From Octopus bimaculoides (taxonomy: Eukaryota): 64,000 nt of DNA. The DNA is taken from assembly GCF_001194135.2 (NCBI RefSeq), contig NC_068985.1, positions 22,035,425 through 22,099,424 on the forward strand, written 5' to 3'. The notes below the pieces were generated by a model. That model searched no databases. It saw only the letters and a program-made list of their open reading frames with translations, and was not told the origin of the DNA. Made by a program: the position numbers and the translations under genes. Below, one piece after another: positions 55,221 through 64,000 of this stretch. Every line of letters starts with the position of its first letter. Within the stretch, counting starts at the first letter, position 1.

Positions 55221-56704
55221 AATACTCTATTGATTCTGCCATCATTCACCCAATGTATCTTCATAACATCATTCAAATTATGTACTCACATATTTACCAC
55301 TCAATTCCAGTTTACTCTTCAGTAAAAAGAAATAGAATGAAAATTTAATTTGAATAGGGGTTTCTCAGAATATATCACTTTTTGTATTCTCTTGAGTTGA
55401 ATCTAAGTTTAGAAGTTGGTGTTAACTATGATTGTAAGACTGTTCTGGCACAGATATGCAATGTGAAGAAATGATGTGTATTGAGTGAAACTGTGCTGTG
55501 AGTTCGTTTTAGAGAATACCTGCAGGAGTAGTAAATAAAGGAAGCTTTGGGAAGAAATAAGTCATACATGAGAACATTGATCCTTACAGACAAAATAATG
55601 TATGTTATAGGATCAAAACACATAACAACTTTCTGTACCATGGATCTTCAATCCATATTATTAATCTTCAATCTATGCTATCTTGGAAAAATAGACTTCA
55701 ACATGAAAATGATGTTAGCAATGATGACAATGATGATGATAAGCATAAAGAAAATTATTAAAATTATATTACTCACCAGGGCAATCAATATCGTAGACCA
55801 GGAAAAATCCTATGTGAGCCAATAGTGTTACAACAGGCATCCTTGAAGAAGATTAAACAATCATTATTAATTATTATGATGACTGAAAATTATAATTCAA
55901 AATCTTCACTGGTGGTAAAATATTAGACAAGGATGCATTAAGGTGTCTAGTTTAGTGGCTCATGTTTCAATGTTCAAACACTAGTGGGGTCAATTTTCAG
56001 CAATTTTGCTTTATAATGTCAATAAAATAAGAAACTGGAGTAGACTCGAGTGACAACACTCTTTTCTTTCATTAAAAAAAAAAAAAATTACTTAAGGTTT
56101 TTAGTTAAATTTTTTTTCAATGAGAAGTATAAAAATATTTAGCAAATTAATTATGGAAATTATGCAGAAATTTCATTCAAAAGAATTATTTTGTAGCTTA
56201 GGTTTTAGAAATTAGAGAATGAGAGAATAACACAAGAGAAAAGTAAAAGGAATAAAAAAAAGCGAGAGAGGGAGAGGAGTAATTACAGAAAATGGAAGAG
56301 TAGAGAAAAATAGATATCGAAAAGTATAGATAGAAGAGAAAGAGATGAGAGTAAGAGGAAAATGAAGAGTGTTGAAGAAAGAAGGCAGAGGAATAGATAG
56401 AGAAGACAGTAAAGTAACAGAAATTAGAACGACTGGTGAAAGAAGTAAAAAGATAAAGTGAGGAAAATGGAGGGAAAGAATCAAAGAAAGAGATTCAACA
56501 AAAAATTTGTTTATCAAAGAGGAGGTGCAGGCATGGCTACATGGTAAGTCTGCTTCCCAACCACATGGATTTGGGTTCTGTTCCACTGCATGGCACTTTG
56601 GGCAAATGTCTTCAACTGTAGCCCTGAGCTAATCAAAACTTTTTCAGTGAATTTGGTACGTGGAAACTGCATGAAGCTCATTGCTGTGTGTGTGTGTGTG
56701 TGTA

Positions 56705-56880
56705 TGAGGGGGGTACTGAAAAGTTCCTGGTTTTAAGGGTATTGCAAAAGGCCTGGTTGAAGGCTCAACCTTCCAAGTTCTTTTACAAGACTTAGAAAAA
56801 CTGAAGGACTATTGCAATAAGTGTGTGAATCTGAGAGCAGAATATGTTGAATAAAATCATAATTAACTAATCCTTCTGCA
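56705..56880. mobile_element. Truncated copy of the same mariner MITE, opposite orientation
   Basis: TA|tgaggggggtactgaaaagttcc, followed by the reverse complement of the 25257-25473 interior. Confidence 0.75.
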
Positions 56881-56999
56881 TTGCAATCTATGTAGGTGTT
56901 TTTTCAAAACATTGTCTGGTTTAAAAAGCCATCTCAGATACCATGATGGTTCTAGGATGTAAGTACAGGAGATGGTGAAACTCTGCATAAGGAGTAGAC

Positions 57000-57430
57000 A
57001 ACCATCATATTTGACATATTTGTAAAGCTTGCAAAGATTCTCTAAGCCTATGCATTAATGTTCCTCCCACTACTGACCTCAAACTAAGACGCATCATTGC
57101 TGGCCCTGCTTGTGAAACCCAGCGTTTGAGCAATTTCCTCGACATCCTACTCAAACCATTTCTAAAATATGTGAAAAGCTTCATCAGGGATGACTTAGAC
57201 ATGCTTAACCACCTCCCAAAGACAATAAATGAAGGAACCCTGTTAGTATCATTCAATGTAGTGAACTTGTACACCAATATCCCACATGATTATGGTAGAG
57301 AAGCAATCACCTTTTGACTAGAAAAATACCCAGAAGAGATCCCAGGACGCATCAACCACAGATTCATATTCGCAGCACTGAAATTCATCCTACTGAACAA
57401 CTATTTCATGTTCAATACAGTTTACTATTG
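57000..57430 (+). mobile_element. Penelope-like retroelement (PLE) reverse-transcriptase fragment
   Basis: One frame reads KLRRIIAGPACETQRLSNFLDILLKPFLKYVKSFIRDDLDMLNHLPKTINEGTLLVSFNVVNLYTNIPHDYGREAITF*LEKYPEEIPGRINHRFIFAALKFILLNNYFMFN. These are typical PLE RT motifs (SFDV.xLYTNIP, NNYF.F). Confidence 0.9.
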
Positions 57431-58120
57431 TGTTATTTTCTCCTGTTTCTTTTATATTTACTTCACCCAAGACTCTTCTAACTTCTAAAACCTAAGCTGT
57501 AGAACACTTCTTTTGATTGAAATTTCCAATCTTCTGTGAAAACATGTCATTATGGGAAAATATCACTTTTTGGAAACAGGTGAGGGTTGGCAACAAGAAG
57601 GGCATCCATCCAGCCCTAGAAAAAAATCTGCCTCAACAAATTATTTTTGACGCATGCAATTATAGAAAAGCAGACATTAAAATAGTAATGATGATGATGG
57701 GAAAGTGGAGGAGAGGGAAGAGTCATATGAAGGGTGCTATTAACAATGATTATCTCATTTACTTTTTAAACCAAGGAACTATTTGTATGAAGTACATGAA
57801 CTAGGAGTGATTTAGGTGAAAGAAGATTCCGGGAATTTATGCATAAAGGCAGAGTAATCCAAATTGAATTTTTTGGTAAATTACACCATAGAACATTTAA
57901 CTGAACTTATCAACTGAGATTAAGAAACTTCAACCTAATGATTAGCAAATTTATTTTCCATGTTTGTTACAGCACTACCAAGTATGTCTGCATACTCTAA
58001 TTGATGCAAGGAATACAGGCTACTGACTAACAGTGCCAGAGACTTGTATGATTCTGGTAAGCTGAATTAGCAACATGGTTTCAAATCCTAACTGTGCTGT
58101 TTCATTTCATTTCTGCTTTG

Positions 58121-58724
58121 GGATCTTTTTTAAAACGGGGGCCACATTTTTCATTAATGTTTTACGTAGTGTTTTTGGTACCGAAAGACTTTCAAACTTC
58201 GTATACTTATCTATTTTGTGTTACAGAACAGAAAAATATTTTTGTATTCAAATTTATTTCATGTAAAAAATTGTCTTATTTCGATAATTTCAACCAATCA
58301 CTGACAAGTATTCAGTTGTTTACATTTACTCCTTTGGCTGATTAAGCCATAGCTTCGTTTTATTTGCTTTTTTCATTTTAAATTTGCTTTTTTCATTTTC
58401 TTTTTTTTTCTTCGTTTTATTTACTTTTTTCTTTTTAAATTTGCTGTTTTACCCTAACCCTAACCCTAACCCTATCACCGATAGAATTGTTTCAGAATCG
58501 TTTGTTTATGTAGTTGGCACTTAATGTATATCAGCTGAATGGACGTCAGTGATTGGTTGAAATTACAGAAATACGACAACTTTAACATGGAATAAGTTAG
58601 GGATTTCTTTTTTTTTTAAGAAGACTAAGAGAAAAAGATGTTTTATATGACACATTCTACCAGTGTTCCAAGTTTCAAAGTGTTTCGTTAATGAAAAATG
58701 TGGCCCCCGTTTTAAAAAAGATCC
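58121..58724. mobile_element. Non-autonomous DNA transposon, Merlin-like (604 bp)
   Basis: Perfect 37-bp TIR starting GGATC and perfect 8-bp TSD CTGCTTTG (58113-58120, 58725-58732). Internal 20-bp inverted repeat and (CCCTAA)3.8 at 58452-58474. Confidence 0.8.
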
Positions 58725-59488
58725 CTGCTTTGTTCTTTAGTATCTATCTATGGCCAAAAGGTAACAGAAGCATGATAGATTCTGTTCAGTAGACATACAC
58801 TTGACACCCTTAAATCAACACAAAACACTCAATGATGCTGTCACAACAAGATAAAAAGCTACCAGACATTTCCAGCCTTATATTATTCATATTATTTTTT
58901 TACTGAGAGAAAATGAAACGCAAAGTCAAGTTTGGTGGCCTTTGAACTTGGAAGTATAATACACAACAAAATGGGATACTGTAACAGATCCAATTTGGTT
59001 CTCTACTGTTTACATCGTTACTAATATATTATTAATGAGAATAGGGCAGTGGGTGGCAGCTGTTCCTCTCTGCTCAAAACTTGTACCAATGTTAGAAATA
59101 AATATATTATTAATAACAATTGTATAATTAACCAACTAGAACATGTTGTATTGATTTCTTTTCACAAACCATAAGAACAATTCTATTTGATGGTTAGGAA
59201 TAATAGTTGTTGAATTAACCTCAAAGTAATTTCAGCATATTCTCTAATAATTATTATTAATGAGTTATATCATACTATAATAATGCTATAATAATGATTA
59301 CTTTAGAATAATCACAAGATCAGTTCTGTGAGGTGAGGAGATATAGTCAATATATATCAACTCCAGTCTATTACTGGTATTTAGTTTATCAACTTTGAAG
59401 GGTGAAAAGTAAATTCAACACCAGTAAGATTTGAACTCAGAACAAGGTACAACGCTAGATATAATTATAATATTTTACTCAATTCAAA

Positions 59489-59703
59489 GGCAGCGAGCTG
59501 GCAGAAACGTTAGCATGCTAGGCGAAATGCTTAGCAGTATTTTGTCTGTCTTTATGTTCTGAGTTCAAATTCCGCTGAGGTTAACTTTGCCTTTCATCCT
59601 TTTAGGGTCGATAAATTAAGTAGCAGTTGTGTACTGGGGTCGATCTAATCAACTGGCCCCCTCCCCCAAAATTTCGGGCCTTGTGCCTAGAGTAGAAAAG
59701 AAT
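59489..59703 (+). mobile_element. SINE family B, young copy
   Basis: Head ggcagcgagctggcagaa, B-box-like gagttcaaattcc, and an 18-bp TSD aatattttactca(a/g)ttca. Other copies at ~39790-40013, 44246-44470, 46248-46650, 49490-49706, 50425-50640, 51150-52070, 59330-59440 and 62472-62777. Confidence 0.9.
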
Positions 59704-61110
59704 ATTTTACTCAGTTCAGTTTTCTATTATATTTGCCATCTTCACTATATACTCCCAAAACTGTTAAATAGCAACAGGACAAATCTAACTCAAGTAAAAG
59801 TATGATCGCTGTATGTCTCTTTCCTATTCCCTTACATAATCAAAAAATATTTGATCCAATTATAAACTGAGAAGTTAATGAAAGAAAAGAAAAAGAAATA
59901 TATTTTGTTTGTATATGATTAGTATTTGGATATATTTTGCATTACTAAATACTGTGGCCACTAATATTTGAAAGAAATTGTGTTACAATGTGTGGGAATA
60001 TAATGTCCTAATGTGTAGGAATATAAGCTTTTATTGCAATTTTCTTTTCTTTGTAACAGGTTTTGTGTTTCTTATAAACTGTAAGCATATAACATGTTGA
60101 ATAACATTGAGTAATATACTTGATATCTAGACAACTTGATTAAAAAAAAAATTTTTACTAATCATTGATTAAAATTTTGGGCTTCCAAGCTTCAGTAATT
60201 TCTGAGATACTAGAATGAACACTGAAGAGATCAAACAAGCAAACAAATAAGATAAAAATAATATTAAATATTTTTTGATGGTCGTACATGGCTGCATAGG
60301 GAGAATGATGATAGTAATGCATGGAAACATCAGTGAATAATGTGAATTTCATATCCTATGGCTGCCTTCATTAACAGAGCAATATCAGAGGATATACTAG
60401 GAGTCTATGAGTATATGCTGTGATATGTTTCATTAACTATTCTACATATTTCATATTTTCTGCACTATAAATAATTATTTGTAATGCCACACTCTGATTT
60501 ACATTTATGAAATAACATTCAAGTTTAATTTACTCCATTTCAATAGCTCCATAACTGAAGCCGGATAAGCAGGTTGCTAAAATGAGTCTATATCATAAGA
60601 ATTTAGAATATTTGGGAGACATGAAGTAAATCATTTTTAGCAGTTAAATTCAAAGTAGATAAAGCTATAAATAATAGCATGTAAATATTGGATTTAAAAG
60701 CCCCTTGGATTGAAGAAGTTGAAGGCTGCCCACAACATACAATTCTTGCAAGTAAGAACAAAGCTTTTAAAATGGTTGGAGAAATTGAAAGGATCGCTTT
60801 GGTACATGTTAAAATATCTGTTATGATTTTAGAAGATATGAATTCAGGTCCAATGGGCAACCTCTGACTTTTTTCTATCTAAGTGCTTTTTTTTTTTACA
60901 TGCTATTATTATAGCTTTATGTTCTTCAAGTTCCACAGTTAAAAATGATTTATCTAAAACAAGTAATTGTTACTCCCAACAACATCAAAAATAATATGTT
61001 TTCTAATGTTGAACAAAATCCTAAACAGTTCTCAAACATTCTAAATTATAAAAGAGAGAAACTTCTAATAATTTCACTTGAAATGATTTAAGAACTAACT
61101 TCATGCTACA

Positions 61111-61326
61111 CCCTTTTGTTACCAAATTTTTTCTGAAATGCACTGCTTTGTTTCAATTAATTTTGAAAATAATGAAGAATTTTCTAAACTAACTTTGTTA
61201 TTAAGCTCATGCTTGGAACAAATTAACAAGCAGTTCTGATGGAAGATTTTAATTTGAATCACTTTAAAACAGGTAGTTTGTATTGTAGAACTAAGGGTGA
61301 TCTCAGGCAGGTTGGTACCAAAAGAG
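61111..61326. mobile_element. piggyBac-type MITE in reverse orientation
   Basis: cccttttgttacc ... ggtaccaaaagag|ttaa, the reverse complement of the 11687 interior. Partial copies also at ~33790-33975 and ~62215-62405. Confidence 0.75.
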
Positions 61327-62471
61327 TTAAAAACCAAGGACAATCAAATAATGGGTGACAAGAAGAGAAATTTTTTGAGGATGTTTTGCAAAATGTAAAA
61401 CCTAGATTGGGAAGTATTCTTACATGAATGCTTCTAGATTTATCTTTACCTATTTAGAGTTTTAAAGAAGGAAAAAATAATGAAAATAAAGTAAAAATAT
61501 TAGTTTTACAATGTCTTTTATCAAGATTGAGATAAAATAATGTCTCTTTTTGAAAGAGACATTATTTTAAACAGAAAAGAAATTTAAATTTTCAACTTGC
61601 TTTCACTGTTCTTAGAATATAAATTACTAAGAGAACTTATTCAGTGATGCAATAGAAATTACTTAGTGATGTATAGAAAGCAACAGTCAAGTTGCTGTTA
61701 CTATAGTTGATGCAGAGAGTATTAAAGAAACTTGCAGTGAGAAAAAAACAATATTAGTCAATGACTAATGTTATTTTTATTTTTTCCAACAAGTACAAGA
61801 GAAACTCCAGACATATTCTAATCATATTAGTCTTCTTCAGAAAAGCATACTTCAACATCTTAGTGATGCAGTGATGAGAAAATCATTAAGTACAATACTG
61901 GTATCTAACATAAGCAAATGGCCACAAATTTCAGGAACAAGCACAGCCTTGAGTGGTACCTATTCCACCAATCCCAATTCTTGACTGATGTTTACTTCAT
62001 CAATCCCAATACTTGCAGTAGTGGTAGTATGGAGGCATGCACTGTAACAGCATATCGCTTCATCCACCATTTGTTGGTGATTCACTACTCTTGGTGGATG
62101 GCATTTTTGTGCCACTCAGGCAACAACCCTCCAAAACATGGGTCTGTTTGAGTAGTTGTTACTGGCAAGGGTTGGGTTTTACAAGGTTGGAGTGTAAATC
62201 CTACCTCTGCTTCTTTTAGTCACCTTTCTATGACACAAACAACCTATTTTAAAGTGATTTTAATTTAAACATCAAAATCTTATGTTAATTTATGTTTCAA
62301 ATACCAGCTTAATAATGACTAAATTATTTTACTAAATTCTTCATTATTTTTAAAAGTAATTAAAACAAAGAAGGTGTATGTCAACAGAAATATGGTAACA
62401 AAAGTGTTATATCATATTTCCTAATATTTCAAAGGCCAAAATAAGTAACATTTCATTGAAAGACAAATATT

Positions 62472-62777
62472 CTTTTCTACTCTAGGCACAAGGCCCAAAA
62501 TTTGGTGGGAGAGGGCCAGTTGATTAGATTGACCCCAGAACACAACTGGTACTTAATTTCTTTTCTACACTAGGCACAGGGTCCGAAATTTTTTGGGGGG
62601 GTGGGGGGCAATCAATTAGATCAACTCCAGTATGCAACTAGTACTTAATTTATTGACCCCAAAAGGATGAAAGGCAAAGTCAGCCTTGGCAGAATTTGAA
62701 CTCAGAATGTAAAGACAGATGAAATACCACTAAGCATTTTGCCCGGTGTGTTAACGCTTCTACCAGCTCACTACCTT
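62472..62777 (-). mobile_element. SINE family B with a tandemly duplicated 3' ~76 nt
   Basis: A single perfect 17-bp TSD attgaaagacaaatatt (62455-62471, 62778-62794) flanks the whole unit. Confidence 0.85.
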
Positions 62778-62990
62778 ATTGAAAGACAAATATTACATCA
62801 GGGTTTATAATTTGGCATTTCAGAATATACATATTCATTGACCAGTGAACAATTAGAAATATCAATACGCTTTCTTTTCTTTTATTTTTTTCTTCTTTGT
62901 TATGTTCTAAGAGTTTTTCAAGAAATGTCATACAGAAATATTTCTCTTTCTTCAAAGAAATACATTTTATTAAATAAATATGATGCTTAC

Positions 62991-63147
62991 CAAACTGGTG
63001 CTGTAAGTGCCATAATGACTGAGAGTCCTGATGTAACTATGCATAGCAAAGGGAACACTAAGACTAATAAGAAACTCCCAAGACCGCCTTTCAATACAAA
63101 GTTCCAGAAACGATTTAAATGACGGGTAAAACTTTTTCCCAAGAAGC
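62991..63147 (-). CDS. Internal exon of an uncharacterised multi-pass membrane protein: (G)FLGKSFTRHLNRFWNFVLKGGLGSFLLVLVFPLLCIVTSGLSVIMALTAPV(W/C)
   Basis: Acceptor ttttttctttaattttcag and donor TG|gtaagc. 157 nt = 2+51 codons+2, open frame with long hydrophobic segments. Resembles an invertebrate/ciliate uncharacterised TM family as I recall it (unverified). Confidence 0.85.
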
Positions 63148-63605
63148 CTGAAAATTAAAGAAAAAAATCAATATTTTTTTAGTTCATACATACTTGTACA
63201 TAAAGCAGAAGTTCCTATCATGCTATGAATATTAAATCATGAAACTGGAATATTTTCAAAATTTTATTTATTTCTCTTTTTAATTTTTGTGAATTTCTTT
63301 TATACTTTAAAAATAAACATGCCAATATATTCTAAAAATTAAACATCATTTCATTCCTGCTCATGTTATACAAAAACAGTTTATCCTTTAACATAGAAAT
63401 AGAATTAAAAGTTAATATTAATAAAATTTCTATTTAACTTTTTAAACAGCTCAGCACCCACAACTTACAGAAATAATTTTTTGCACTCAGAATTATCAAA
63501 GCTTGGAAGAAACTACTCACATCAGTTGTTAGCTATCAGGACACTGCATCCTTCAAGAATTTCTTGCTTACTGAAATTCGCCAACACTACTCCTGACATG
63601 CTTAA

Positions 63606-63820
63606 CCCTTTCGTTACCAACCCAGCTGAAACCGGCTCTGAGTACAAATGTCTTGTTTTCATGAGTTTTGAATTAAAATCTTCCACCAAACCTTAGTCAC
63701 ATTTAATGTTCCTAACACTAGCTGAATGATAACTAAGTTAGTTTACTAAATTCTTTGTTATATTTAAAATCAATTGAAAGAAACATAGAGCATCTCAAAA
63801 TAAATACAGTAACGAAAGGG
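63606..63820. mobile_element. piggyBac-type MITE (215 bp)
   Basis: TTAA on both sides and perfect 12-bp TIR CCCTTTCGTTAC/GTAACGAAAGGG. Confidence 0.85.
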
Positions 63821-64000
63821 TTAATGAAACTCTGTCCTTTTTATGACTTTTAATGTTTTCTATTTTTTGTGTTTTATTCTGTGTACTGTACAGGAACTTC
63901 TAGCTTTCATTGAGGTCTTTCATTACTTGACTTATTGCTGCTTTTTTTTCTCCCCTCTTTTAATTTTTTTTTTTTTGAGAAGTTGTAGTACACCTGAGCC

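Noticed and set aside
55494-55577. Phase-2 candidate for the missing exon (W-INVLMYDLFLP...)
   Set aside because: It ends in phase 2 rather than 1 at the available donor, and lacks the expected hydrophobic helix.
58452-58474. Interstitial telomere as a chromosome-fusion scar
   Set aside because: Fewer than four units, and they lie inside a TIR/TSD-bounded element.
60603-60860. 85-aa minus ORF that is also partly open on the plus strand
   Set aside because: No convincing splice sites and no recognisable motif. It may be a decayed transposon remnant; unresolved.
61119-61343. 74-aa ORF resembling an exon
   Set aside because: It coincides with the reversed piggyBac-type MITE at 61111-61326.

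Overview
AT-rich eukaryotic DNA with three N gaps and dense microsatellites, SINEs and MITEs. The repeat content fits a cephalopod, probably Octopus (inference). There is no long ORF, and nearly all track ORFs are microsatellite or repeat artefacts. The only well-supported gene is a minus-strand, multi-exon gene for an uncharacterised multi-pass membrane protein. Four exons have canonical AG/GT sites: 62991-63147, 28459-28596, 26342-26490 and 22381-22493. The last three join in frame. Phase logic requires at least one extra small exon between the first two, which I could not find. The rest is intronic and holds a decayed DD34D mariner nested in a hAT MITE, mariner-, piggyBac- and hAT-type MITEs, and a Merlin-like element with telomere repeats. 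It also holds Tigger, RTE, R4/Dong and Penelope-like fragments, at least five SINE-like families, two degenerate hammerhead-like motifs and several palindromes. Family assignments are by eye and from recalled motifs, with no database search.
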